Origin: Pseudidiomarina andamanensis
GTDB lineage: Bacteria > Pseudomonadota > Gammaproteobacteria > Enterobacterales > Alteromonadaceae
Length of the DNA: 32,000 bases
NCBI RefSeq assembly: GCF_009734345.1
Contig: NZ_CP032551.1
Location: 1,170,001-1,202,000, forward strand
Direction: 5' to 3'
Below are positions 1-8,744 of this stretch, piece by piece. Position 1 is the first letter of the stretch. Every line of letters starts with the position of its first letter. The notes below the pieces were generated by a model that was given only the letters and a program-made list of their open reading frames with translations, searched no databases and was not told the origin of the DNA. The translations under genes were made by a program, and so were the position numbers.

Positions 1-651
1 GCCATTGGCGGTATTGGTGTTATCGGCAGTCGTGATTTACGTCTAGTTATCGCTTATCTCGTGGTGATTTCAGTGGGAACCATGCTGACTACTTTCAGTA
101 TGAACTCCGAGCGTTCGATTACAGCTGTGATGTACTACATGCTTCATTCTACGTTTATTACAGCGGCTTTATTCTTAATAGTTGATGTGGTCGCCAAGCA
201 ACGTGGTAAAACAGCTTCTCGCATCGTCAAAGGTCGTAAAATGGCTCAGCACGCCATTTTAGGGATGATGTTTTTTGCTGCAGCGATCGCCATTATCGGT
301 ATGCCTCCGTTCTCAGGTTTTATTGGCAAATTATTTATTCTTGAAGCTGCTAGAACCGGGGCTCAAGTAGCTTTGCTGTGGCCCTTGGTACTTGGTAGTA
401 CATTTTTAGTGATGGTGTCGCTCTCGCGAGCAGGTAGTCGCATGTTTTGGCATACCTTCGATGGTAAGCCGGGCGATGTTGCGAGCCCTCGCGGCCAACT
501 CATTGCGATTGGGCTACTGTTACTAGCGATAGTTGGATTGACTGTTTTTGCAGGAAGTATCAGTAATTTTATTAGCGGAATAGCATACGATGTTATGCAC
601 CCTGCGGTATATATTGAAGCGGTGTTAGGCGAGGGGTATTCACATGAGTAA
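1..651 (+). CDS. mrpD: Mrp/Pha-type monovalent cation/H+ antiporter subunit D, C-terminal part (5' end lies upstream of the window)
   Basis: Frame 1 is open from base 1 (AIGGIGVIGSRDLRLVIAYLVVISVGTM...). The product is a very hydrophobic polytopic protein with a GMPPFSGFIGK motif typical of NuoN/MrpD-like subunits. It is followed by overlapping E, F and G subunit genes. Confidence 0.85.
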   Translation, partial: AIGGIGVIGSRDLRLVIAYLVVISVGTMLTTFSMNSERSITAVMYYMLHSTFITAALFLIVDVVAKQRGKTASRIVKGRKMAQHAILGMMFFAAAIAIIGMPPFSGFIGKLFILEAARTGAQVALLWPLVLGSTFLVMVSLSRAGSRMFWHTFDGKPGDVASPRGQLIAIGLLLLAIVGLTVFAGSISNFISGIAYDVMHPAVYIEAVLGEGYSHE

Positions 652-1132
652 AATTTTACCTGCTCCATTTCTTAGCTTATTTTTACTCGTATTCTGGTTG
701 CTGTTGCAAAATACAGTTACACCGGGTCTCATTGTTCTAGGTGCAATTCTCTCTATCGCGATTCCTCTCTACACCAATCGTGGTAGAGACTTTCCGGCAA
801 CCATTCACAAGCCATTTAAGGCCATCGAATATTTCTTTTTACTCTTGGTTGATATTCTTATCTCCAATTTAAATATTGCGGCAATTATTTTGTTGCCATC
901 GCGCCACATTAAACCTGCGTTAATTGAATACCCTCTTGATATCGTTGGTGAAGTTCCGATTACGGTACTTGCTAGCACCATCAGTTTAACGCCGGGGACC
1001 ATTACCGCAGAAATTCGACGTGATGGTCGAGCACTGATGATCCACGCTCTTAATGTTGAGGATCATGAAAAGCTAATTGCATCGATCAAGCAGCGCTATG
1101 AGATGCGTTTAAAGGAGATATTTAAATGCTAA
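644..1132 (+). CDS. mrpE: Mrp/Pha antiporter subunit E
   Basis: 162 aa with N-terminal TM helices and a soluble tail. It overlaps subunit D by 8 nt and F by 7 nt. Size and operon position match MrpE/MnhE/PhaE. Confidence 0.85.
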   Translation: MSKILPAPFLSLFLLVFWLLLQNTVTPGLIVLGAILSIAIPLYTNRGRDFPATIHKPFKAIEYFFLLLVDILISNLNIAAIILLPSRHIKPALIEYPLDIVGEVPITVLASTISLTPGTITAEIRRDGRALMIHALNVEDHEKLIASIKQRYEMRLKEIFKC

Positions 1133-1395
1133 TTTACGCCATTCAGTTTTCCTTTGTTGCCTTTAGCGTTGCCTTGCTACTTAACCTATGGCGACTGTTT
1201 CGCGGTCCGGACTTACCTGATCGTATACTAGCTTTAGATACAATTTATATTAATTCACTGGCGTTACTCGTGTTGTTTGGTATCTGGCATGGCACAGCTT
1301 TTTATTTCGAAGCCGCATTATTAATTGCCATGCTAGGCTTTATTGGCACAGTTGCAGCGGCGAAGTTTTTACTTCGTGGCGATATTATCGAATAG
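1126..1395 (+). CDS. mrpF: Mrp/Pha antiporter subunit F
   Basis: 89 aa with three hydrophobic helices and an RGPDLPDRILALDT segment as in MnhF/PhaF. Operon position fits. Confidence 0.85.
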   Translation: MLIYAIQFSFVAFSVALLLNLWRLFRGPDLPDRILALDTIYINSLALLVLFGIWHGTAFYFEAALLIAMLGFIGTVAAAKFLLRGDIIE

Positions 1396-1403
1396 GGCAA
1401 AAA

Positions 1404-1769
1404 ATGAATATGACAGAACTCCACGGCTGGGCTGACTGGCTAGTTTCTAGCCTTATCATAATCGGTTCTCTATTCGCTCTTATCGGTTCAGTAGGCCTCG
1501 CTCGACTACCTGATTTTATGGCGCGGCTACATGCTCCAACCAAAAGCACTACGTTAGGTGTTGGTGGCGTTATTTTAGGGTCTATTATTTATTTTTCAGT
1601 GACCACTACATTTTCATGGCATGAGTTACTGATTACGATTTTCCTATTTTTGACCGCACCAATTAGCGCACATTTATTAGCAAAAGCTGGGCTTCATCTC
1701 GAGTTGAAGCGCGTTGAAAATACACGTGATTTGCGCGCCCAGCCCAATCAATATTCAGACGAAGACTAA
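1404..1769 (+). CDS. mrpG: Mrp/Pha antiporter subunit G
   Basis: 121 aa with three TM helices and an ARLHAPTKSTTLG motif characteristic of MnhG/PhaG. It is the last gene of the mrp operon. Confidence 0.85.
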   Translation: MNMTELHGWADWLVSSLIIIGSLFALIGSVGLARLPDFMARLHAPTKSTTLGVGGVILGSIIYFSVTTTFSWHELLITIFLFLTAPISAHLLAKAGLHLELKRVENTRDLRAQPNQYSDED

Positions 1770-2485
1770 TAGGGGCTTGGACCATCAGGGGGCTGTTGCA
1801 TATGAGCTTCTAGCTTAGTGAATAATGAATTTATTTCTGCCATCAGTTTGTCCAGTTCATCAATTTGCCAACGCATCGGAGCTATTTTGTCGACGCCCAC
1901 AACAGCGTCGATTGATAACCATTGCATCAGCGACTGAGTTGCCCTTAGATGATCTACCTCACTTGGTTGTGTAACAGATACCTGCGTCAAATAAATATCA
2001 CGCACTTGGTTTATATCGTAACTAGACATCGATATATCCGATTCCATAACAACTTCCTGATTACGATATATACCATCAACAACTGCAGATAACGTTTCCG
2101 CTCGGAGAATGGCATCGATACCGTCTTCATGAAATTCTACCTTCGAGTGCGTTAACCCGTTCGCTAAAAGAGCCTTCTCGTCAGCAGTCAGATTTGACCA
2201 GCGCACGCGAAAGCCTTCAGCGTCTGCGAAACCCGAAATATAACTGGGCGCCGAATCTATTGCATACGTACTTACCAAGTCTTCAATTGAATCAGGCCAT
2301 ACATCAAATTTTCGGTAATAATCTGCAACAGCTTGTTGCCAGAACCACCACATTGAATGTTGAAAACGCAACTTTTGTAAGTCTGTAACTTGAACACTCG
2401 GTGAATGCGGCATCAGCGCCGCTGCTATAATCAGAACAATTGCTACGAATAACGGAACGAAAAAGCCAGTTTGTTTAATTCTCAA
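1766..2485 (-). CDS. Hypothetical membrane-anchored protein, last gene of the Tad operon (pilin-like N-terminal features, helical C-terminus)
   Basis: 239-aa ORF whose start overlaps the tadD-like stop by 11 nt. It has a single N-terminal hydrophobic helix (KQTGFFVPLFVAIVLIIAAALM). I recognise no family. Confidence 0.55.
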   Translation of the reverse strand: MRIKQTGFFVPLFVAIVLIIAAALMPHSPSVQVTDLQKLRFQHSMWWFWQQAVADYYRKFDVWPDSIEDLVSTYAIDSAPSYISGFADAEGFRVRWSNLTADEKALLANGLTHSKVEFHEDGIDAILRAETLSAVVDGIYRNQEVVMESDISMSSYDINQVRDIYLTQVSVTQPSEVDHLRATQSLMQWLSIDAVVGVDKIAPMRWQIDELDKLMAEINSLFTKLEAHMQQPPDGPSPY

Positions 2486-2960
2486 CTCTTGTCTCCAAAT
2501 TTAAACCAGCAACACCGTGTAACCGAGCTAATTCCTCAAGCAGTAATTGATAGTTATTCGAAAACTTTTTATCAACGTTTATTGACTGTAAATAAGGCAT
2601 TCCTTTAATCAACAACTCGGTGGCTTGACGTAACCTTACCGCAGCTAAATTATGCCAGATTGCAGATTGCTCTGGCCGCAACGATAAACACGTTTGATAA
2701 GCGTTTGAAGCTGCTTGATAGATGTTTAGTCTGTAATAAATATGTCCTAATAGACACCAACTTTCTTGATGATTCGGTTGTGCTTTTACAACTTTCAACA
2801 AATAACCTTCCGCAGCGTGTAAATCACCTTGAATATACCCGGTTTTTGCGACGGCATAGTGATGCTGAACATTGGCAAAATTTACCTTCTGGGTAGTATT
2901 GCAGCCAGTCAAAACGAGCATCAGTATTATTCCAACAGAAACTCTTAAATAGTTAGTCAT
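2475..2960 (-). CDS. tadD: TPR-repeat lipoprotein, TadD-like (putative secretin pilotin)
   Basis: The internal start MTNYLRVSVGIILMLVLTGC gives a lipobox (LTGC). The rest shows TPR-like repeats (AAEGYLLKVVKAQPNHQESWCLLGHIYYRLNIYQAASNAYQTCLSLRPEQ). It lies downstream of tadC. The track ORF (to 3056) carries an implausible N-terminal extension that overlaps DUF192. Confidence 0.7.
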   Translation of the reverse strand: MTNYLRVSVGIILMLVLTGCNTTQKVNFANVQHHYAVAKTGYIQGDLHAAEGYLLKVVKAQPNHQESWCLLGHIYYRLNIYQAASNAYQTCLSLRPEQSAIWHNLAAVRLRQATELLIKGMPYLQSINVDKKFSNNYQLLLEELARLHGVAGLNLETRVEN

Positions 2961-3321
2961 ACACCGGCTCCCTAGCACTAAATTGAAGTGACTTGCCTTG
3001 CCACGCTTCCAGCGGTAATGGACACCCCGCTTCACATTCGATGATTGAATCCACACCTGTTAGCCGAATTACTTTTGCTGGTTGAACATTACGAATCACC
3101 GTGACAATCTTGAGTTGTTTATCTAAACCGATTACGTCAATAGCAAAGCGCATTCCCCAGGTATGAATGGAACTACAACGGGGAAACCAAAATGCGCGTT
3201 GTGGTGATGCGACCCGAAGGTAGAGCATGCCAACGAGCCGTTGTGGGAAGTACTCCATGACTTTGACATCCCGCCAGATACAACGCCCGTTCGAATTGAG
3301 ATAGAAACGTCCCTGTTTCAT
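2953..3321 (-). CDS. DUF192 (COG1430) family protein
   Basis: 122 aa with RLVGMLYLR...AFWFPRCSSIHTWGMRFAIDVIGLDK...IIECEAG, matching my memory of the DUF192 pattern (GLMgR..GmlF...sihmwfMrfpiDvifld...vLElpaG). Its ATGA start overlaps the tadC stop. Confidence 0.7.
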   Translation of the reverse strand: MKQGRFYLNSNGRCIWRDVKVMEYFPQRLVGMLYLRVASPQRAFWFPRCSSIHTWGMRFAIDVIGLDKQLKIVTVIRNVQPAKVIRLTGVDSIIECEAGCPLPLEAWQGKSLQFSAREPVYD

Positions 3322-4127
3322 GATATTCCTCCTTGTGTAAAACCTATAAAAACTGGTCCGAGAATCAGTAACATCGTCACTGGAAACAAACAGAAAATTA
3401 ATGGCAACATGAGTTTCACTGCCACTTCTTGTGCCCGCTTCTCGGCCTCGAGTAACTGCTGCTGTCGAAATTGATTGGCCTGTATTTTTAACGTATTTGC
3501 AAGCGCACCTCCGGTATGATGAGATTGCAGCACCGCGCCAACAAAGAGATTAATCCATGGGTGTTGAATGCGTTTACAGAACCCGTCTAGGGCTTGTTGC
3601 AAGCTATACCCGCTTTGCTGCATACGATGAAGACGAGCCATTTCAGCAACAGCTGATAAGTCATTGGGTATATTTTGTAATGCATGAAGAGAAGCGCGAA
3701 ATGACAGCCCGGATTGCATCAGCATGGCAACCATATCAAGCGCACTGGGCCACTGCCTGAAGACTTTACGTAAGTGATTTCGCCTCTTATTTCGGTGACT
3801 TAAGAGCGCGATAATTATTGGCAGCATAATGCTTGATTTTGCTACACCACTAATTGGTAAACTGACAACGAAAAGTATACTTGCTGTAATTAAAATTAAC
3901 GAAAGCAACCATTCCGACGGACTTTGTTCAGGTACCGTATTTTCAGCCCGACTGATAATGTTTATTTTGATACTGTCAGGCAGTTTATTGATTGCTTTTT
4001 CTAGTAGATATTTAATTCGTCCACTGGCATTACACACGCTCACGATTTTTAACCAGAGCCCCGCAATGCTGACACTGGTCGCCACCAAAGATACCCAAAC
4101 TAAAACTTCAATTAGCATAGGCAGCAC
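3318..4127 (-). CDS. tadC: Tad pilus platform protein TadC (T2SS F-domain family)
   Basis: 269 aa with N-terminal TM helices, one cytoplasmic GspF-like helical domain (ALDMVAMLMQSGLSFRASL) and C-terminal TM helices. This half-size platform protein follows tadB. Confidence 0.8.
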   Translation of the reverse strand: MLPMLIEVLVWVSLVATSVSIAGLWLKIVSVCNASGRIKYLLEKAINKLPDSIKINIISRAENTVPEQSPSEWLLSLILITASILFVVSLPISGVAKSSIMLPIIIALLSHRNKRRNHLRKVFRQWPSALDMVAMLMQSGLSFRASLHALQNIPNDLSAVAEMARLHRMQQSGYSLQQALDGFCKRIQHPWINLFVGAVLQSHHTGGALANTLKIQANQFRQQQLLEAEKRAQEVAVKLMLPLIFCLFPVTMLLILGPVFIGFTQGGIS

Positions 4128-4968
4128 CTAAAATTTTTCGAATCAAAAAGTGACCAACAAGCATTAATCCGCCACTCATCACCAACAACGAATTCCCTAG
4201 CGTCGTTTGCGTTAATATCTTGGTATTTTCAGGATGTAAAAAGTGCAGAGCGATAAATAAGCCGATTGGTAGGAAGAGCATTACTTTGCCTTGTAATCGC
4301 GCTTGCGCAGATAAACTTTTTACCCGCTCAATTGCATATTGCTGTTGCCGCAGGGTTAATGCTAATCGCTGTAAAATATCCGCTTGTTGAGAACCATGCT
4401 GGATACCAAGCTGCATGGTTAATAACATCTGTAAAACGGCTTCGGTATTAACGCGTTGATAGAAATTCTCCAACGCGACTACAGGAGATTCACCGGTTCG
4501 CATTCGCCGAATAACAAGCAGCCATTCATGTTTCAGCGGCACAGCAACTTGTGAAGCGCTGCGCTCGAGGGCCGCATTAAAGCTCAGTCCTGCTTGCATC
4601 GCCGTGACAAGAAGATCAAGAGCATCGGGTAATTGCTGAGTAATCAGTCTGTGCCGTCTAGCCAATAGGTAATTCTTCAACGCCAACACGATGACCATCA
4701 TCACGCACCCAACCAGTACGCTTATGGACACCGAAAATACCAAGCTGACCACCAATAAGAGTGGTAAAACAACATAAGTCAGCCGCTCCCAGAAGAGCTT
4801 TGCAGGTAAGTAGATAAGAAAATCCGCAAGCGACTGCTCAGTGTTATCTTTGAGCCATTTTTGAGCAGGTTTCCGCCAGCGATAAATTAAGTTCGTCAAC
4901 AAAGCTATTAATGTGACATAGACACTAATTATCGCAGAGAACACGAGTACGGAGGTCATAGTGTCCAT
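4108..4968 (-). CDS. tadB: Tad pilus platform protein TadB (T2SS F-domain family)
   Basis: 286 aa with the same TM / GspF-like domain / TM layout (LPDALDLLVTAMQAGLSFNAALE). It lies immediately downstream of the ATPase. Confidence 0.8.
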   Translation of the reverse strand: MDTMTSVLVFSAIISVYVTLIALLTNLIYRWRKPAQKWLKDNTEQSLADFLIYLPAKLFWERLTYVVLPLLLVVSLVFSVSISVLVGCVMMVIVLALKNYLLARRHRLITQQLPDALDLLVTAMQAGLSFNAALERSASQVAVPLKHEWLLVIRRMRTGESPVVALENFYQRVNTEAVLQMLLTMQLGIQHGSQQADILQRLALTLRQQQYAIERVKSLSAQARLQGKVMLFLPIGLFIALHFLHPENTKILTQTTLGNSLLVMSGGLMLVGHFLIRKILGAAYAN

Positions 4969-6131
4969 TCAGAAAGTACCCCCGTAGCCATACATTGATT
5001 ATTTTTGCGAATGAACATTTGATTCATTTGAAGTACATCCGCATCTATTCCTGACACCTCTGAAATTTCATTAATAATACGCGCGCCCTCACTGGTGCGC
5101 TGAATTTGGACAATAATGTCGATAGCCGATGCTATCTGCTGACGGATCGCTGTTAATGGAATATCTAAGCCTGCCATGAGAACCATTACTTCAAGTCGTT
5201 GTAGGGCATCACGAGCACTGTTTGCATGCAGCGTTGTTAGTGACCCTTCATGACCAGTATTCATTGCTTGCAACATGTCTATCGCCTCGATACCTCGACA
5301 TTCACCAACAATGATGCGATCGGGACGCATCCGTAGTGCATTGATCAGCAAATCTCGAATAGTTATTCGCCCTTGCCCTTCGGCGTTTGGTGGGCGGGAC
5401 TCCAAAGCAATGAGGTTTCGATGCGATAATTGCAATTCTGCAGCATCCTCAATGGTGATAACCCGCTGATGTTCAGGTATCTCACTGGCTAAGGTATTTA
5501 GGAGTGTGGTTTTACCGGTGCCCGTTCCGCCGGCAATTAGAATATTGCGGCGCTGCACGACACTTTCTTGCAGATAAAGCGCCGCCTCTGTTGAAAGTGA
5601 ACCTTGAGAAATAAGATCGTCAAATTGAAGTTGTTTAGCGAGAAACTTTCGAACTGTAAGACAACTCCCCCTGAGAGCTATGGGTGATAGCACCGCATTA
5701 ACTCGCGAACCATCAGGCATGCGTGCATCAACCATCGGCTGGGAGCTATCCAACCGACGTCCCAGTGGCGTGATAATTCTATCGATAACGAGCAGTAACT
5801 CCTCTTCGCTAGAAAATGCAACTGAGGATAGCGAAAGTTGCCCTTCTTTTTCGACATAGATTGTTTGAAAGTCATTGACCATGATCTCTGAAATAGCGCC
5901 ATCATGAAGCAACCCAGTGAGTGGACCAAAGCCGATACAATCATTAACAATATCCTCTATGACCAATGACAGCTGACTTGCGTCGTCAGCCGATAGGCCT
6001 GTCTTATAGTTCTCCAGTATCACTATCGCATGCTGTTGAAGTTCATTAGAGGACATCCGTTCGATGTTTTTTTCGCTTCGTTGTAATGTGTGACGAAGGT
6101 ACTTACGTGCGAGATCGCTATTAAATGACAT
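4956..6131 (-). CDS. tadA: Tad pilus secretion ATPase TadA/CpaF
   Basis: 391 aa with Walker A GGTGTGKTTLLN, Walker B/Asp box RVITIEDAAEL, IIVGECRG and His box GHEGSLTTLHAN, typical of the CpaF/TadA/VirB11-like T2SSE family. Confidence 0.92.
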   Translation of the reverse strand: MSFNSDLARKYLRHTLQRSEKNIERMSSNELQQHAIVILENYKTGLSADDASQLSLVIEDIVNDCIGFGPLTGLLHDGAISEIMVNDFQTIYVEKEGQLSLSSVAFSSEEELLLVIDRIITPLGRRLDSSQPMVDARMPDGSRVNAVLSPIALRGSCLTVRKFLAKQLQFDDLISQGSLSTEAALYLQESVVQRRNILIAGGTGTGKTTLLNTLASEIPEHQRVITIEDAAELQLSHRNLIALESRPPNAEGQGRITIRDLLINALRMRPDRIIVGECRGIEAIDMLQAMNTGHEGSLTTLHANSARDALQRLEVMVLMAGLDIPLTAIRQQIASAIDIIVQIQRTSEGARIINEISEVSGIDADVLQMNQMFIRKNNQCMATGVLSEWTL

Positions 6132-7344
6132 CGTTTAACCCCACGCACGTTGATTCATCGCGAAACCATTGAATAAGAGTTTGAGCATGCTTGTGCTCTT
6201 GGTTCGTTTGCCGGTGGTGTGACTGCAGCATCGGTGTCACCACAACCATTAATTCCGTTTCTGCATTACGAAACTCTCGTGATGAGAACAGCTGGCCAAT
6301 AATTGGAAGATTGTGAAGAAATGGAAACGACTCTGCTTGCAACGATTGCTCTTGATTAAATAATCCTGAAAGTATGATCGCTTCACCACTTTTTGCAGTG
6401 ATCAAACTACTAACCCGCCGCGTTAACATTCCAGGTATTCCTTGTATGGCGGTGGCTGGATCAATCGTACTTATTTGAGCCTTTATCTCAGTCGAAATCT
6501 GTCCTTTTCCCAGGTCATGGGGCGACATTGACAACGAAATGCCGTAATCACGGAACTCAACATCTTGTCCACCCTGCGCAACAACTTGCGGAATCGGAAA
6601 CTCCCCTCCTACAAGGAAATCCGCCTGGCCACCGCTAGCAGCCATCAGTTTAGGTTGAGCGAGAATTCGAGCATGTCCATTTTGTATTAACAAATTGACT
6701 GTTGAGAGCAAGGTGATAGGAAAGGTAACCAACTGCGCTCCAGAATCGCTTATAGTTGGACCGCTTATTGCGTTTGGCCATTTTATTCCCAAATGCTGTG
6801 CACTTTGTCGTTTTACTTCGAGAATGGTCACTTGCAATTCAATCATCTGATCAACTGCAACAGGTAGTTCATCAACTTGAACTAACCAATGAGGAAACGC
6901 TTTTACAACTTGGTTAAAAGCGGCCAGTTCACTCTTATTCAATTGGCCTGTCACAACCATAGCGCCAGCGCTATCTTCAAAATTTAGTTCTGAATATCTC
7001 TGCTTTAACCACTTAATTTGTAATTGTTCTTTCTTATCTTTCAGAGCTGCAATGGCAATTGATACTTTCTCATTTGTACCAGATTGATAACGTATCAATA
7101 GCTCGGTAAATCCACTCTTTAAACCTTTTAATACGAGGTCATTAGATTCTAGTAACTCAACTTTGAGAATGTCTTCGTTACCGACAACAACATCAGTCAC
7201 GCCTTCAAGCGATATAAGCTGCATATCGCCAACTTTTAGATTGATGTTCTTCGCTTTAGCGGCCTGAAGTGCACCTGTGAAAGTCACCAGTAGAATGACA
7301 AAAACAAAATTAATATACTGCATTAGCATTGGCCTCTTGAGCAA
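6121..7344 (-). CDS. rcpA: Tad pilus secretin RcpA/CpaC
   Basis: 407 aa with a signal peptide and an N-terminal pilus-formation domain (LKVGDMQLISLEGVTDVVVGNEDILKV). The C-terminal secretin domain reads GGEFPIP...LPIIGQLFSSREFRNAETELMVVVTP. The start may be the internal Met at 7329 or 7323. Confidence 0.88.
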   Translation of the reverse strand: MLKRPMLMQYINFVFVILLVTFTGALQAAKAKNINLKVGDMQLISLEGVTDVVVGNEDILKVELLESNDLVLKGLKSGFTELLIRYQSGTNEKVSIAIAALKDKKEQLQIKWLKQRYSELNFEDSAGAMVVTGQLNKSELAAFNQVVKAFPHWLVQVDELPVAVDQMIELQVTILEVKRQSAQHLGIKWPNAISGPTISDSGAQLVTFPITLLSTVNLLIQNGHARILAQPKLMAASGGQADFLVGGEFPIPQVVAQGGQDVEFRDYGISLSMSPHDLGKGQISTEIKAQISTIDPATAIQGIPGMLTRRVSSLITAKSGEAIILSGLFNQEQSLQAESFPFLHNLPIIGQLFSSREFRNAETELMVVVTPMLQSHHRQTNQEHKHAQTLIQWFRDESTCVGLNDVI

Positions 7345-8065
7345 AAAATCGATGTATTTTTATTGGCTGTGGTTGCTCAGCAGCCGTATAAGATGTGTCA
7401 GCATGTTGGAGCCAAACTGAGTAATCTTGCATTCTCATCGCCTCGAACACTGCAGCTTGTCTCGGCGTCAATTCGAAGGTCATCGTGCTTGGTAGGAACT
7501 GTGACGGATTAAGTTCTAACTGGGTATGATGGTCAAAATTGTCCATAGCAATTACCGGAATATTAACCATCTCTAGAGGTTTATTATTCTGTTGAAAATC
7601 ATTTCCCCGCAAAGTGACTCTATCGCCTATTTTGATAAGACCATTGTGCAACTGATGAACGGATACCAAACTTGTCACTGCATAAAACCCAGGACGTAAC
7701 TGCGAAGAGAAATGCGGCGTTTGGTAAGGTTTAATTGCGTCGGTTGTAAGTGGCTCGCCTCGGTCAATAAATCGGCTGGACGCCAATCCGAAAATACTGG
7801 GGGCATCCTCTGGGCGTAGCCAACCATCTTGAACTAAACTTTTCGGAAAGCTTCTGATAACTAATGTATCTACATTAATAATTTCACCAGCTAAAATATC
7901 TCGCTGTGTGACGAGAATCCCGATTTCTTCCTCACGTTGCTCTTCCACTTCAATAGAAGCTTGTTCTTCAACATAGCCCGTGACCAACTGATAGCTGGCA
8001 AGACTTAGCGCCAAACTCAAAATGAGCAACGCCAAAAGCCTTGCACGTGGTGTTAATGCCGTCAT
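7310..8065 (-). CDS. rcpC: Flp pilus assembly protein RcpC/CpaB
   Basis: 251 aa with one N-terminal TM helix followed by a beta-rich periplasmic region. Its size and its position directly upstream of the secretin match CpaB/RcpC. Confidence 0.72.
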   Translation of the reverse strand: MTALTPRARLLALLILSLALSLASYQLVTGYVEEQASIEVEEQREEEIGILVTQRDILAGEIINVDTLVIRSFPKSLVQDGWLRPEDAPSIFGLASSRFIDRGEPLTTDAIKPYQTPHFSSQLRPGFYAVTSLVSVHQLHNGLIKIGDRVTLRGNDFQQNNKPLEMVNIPVIAMDNFDHHTQLELNPSQFLPSTMTFELTPRQAAVFEAMRMQDYSVWLQHADTSYTAAEQPQPIKIHRFFAQEANANAVY

Positions 8066-8071
8066 AAAAAC

Positions 8072-8341
8072 TCACCAAACCAGTGGATTGAGCGTGAAGT
8101 TGTCCCAAATCCATTCGAAGTGCATGGAGGTTGTTTGCAGAAGATGCTTTACCATCGTCACAATGGAGTGACCTTTCGGAGTAACCGGAACAGTCCAAAT
8201 TAAAGCGGCAATCAACATAATAATCAGCGACTCAACGAGACTTTGTCCGCGTTGTAATCTGTATGCTGTGGGTAATGTTGTGTTGCTGCACCAGCAACAC
8301 GGAGGTTTCTGGCTTGTCCAAGAGAATGTGAAAACGTCCAT
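8072..8341 (-). CDS. Small TadE/Flp-like pseudopilin candidate with a long Cys/Trp-rich leader
   Basis: 89 aa. RLQRG/QSLVESLIIMLIAALIW fits the G/XXXXE prepilin site followed by a hydrophobic helix. The only canonical start is the ATG at 8341, with SD AAGGA 8 nt upstream. It overlaps the upstream ORF by 110 nt. Confidence 0.45.
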   Translation of the reverse strand: MDVFTFSWTSQKPPCCWCSNTTLPTAYRLQRGQSLVESLIIMLIAALIWTVPVTPKGHSIVTMVKHLLQTTSMHFEWIWDNFTLNPLVW

Positions 8342-8744
8342 GTTCTATTTCCTTCATTGAAACTAAGCGAGCACCAAAACGAAAACTAAATCCATCCGCC
8401 AACGTTCTGGCTTTATGCTCCGATGAAAAAATTTCTAAAAAATAATTATCAAATCCTTGCGCAATCAATCGCTCTCCGAGCCAGGTCTTCTGGGAACGCT
8501 GAGGCTGTTGATTTAGCCGAAATGATTGTGCATAAAACGATCCATTAAGATTCTGCAGGTGCCAAAACTCATCAAACTCAAGTCGACAAAAATAGTTCTG
8601 ATTTAGTGGCTCGAGCTGTTGACATGAGAACTGCTCAACTAGCTGCTTCACTACGCGTTTATCTTCTATTTCCCAAAGCTCTCCGTGGCTATTCACCGCA
8701 ACCAAGTTCGCATGGGTTATAAGCCAGGTAGCTATTAACGACAC
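8232..8744 (-). CDS. Hypothetical protein (Tad operon orphan)
   Basis: 170-aa ORF with a GTG start at 8744 preceded by GAGGA (6-nt spacer). It overlaps the upstream gene by 10 nt. No TM helix, Walker motif or recognisable family. Confidence 0.5.
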   Translation of the reverse strand: MSLIATWLITHANLVAVNSHGELWEIEDKRVVKQLVEQFSCQQLEPLNQNYFCRLEFDEFWHLQNLNGSFYAQSFRLNQQPQRSQKTWLGERLIAQGFDNYFLEIFSSEHKARTLADGFSFRFGARLVSMKEIEHGRFHILLDKPETSVLLVQQHNITHSIQITTRTKSR

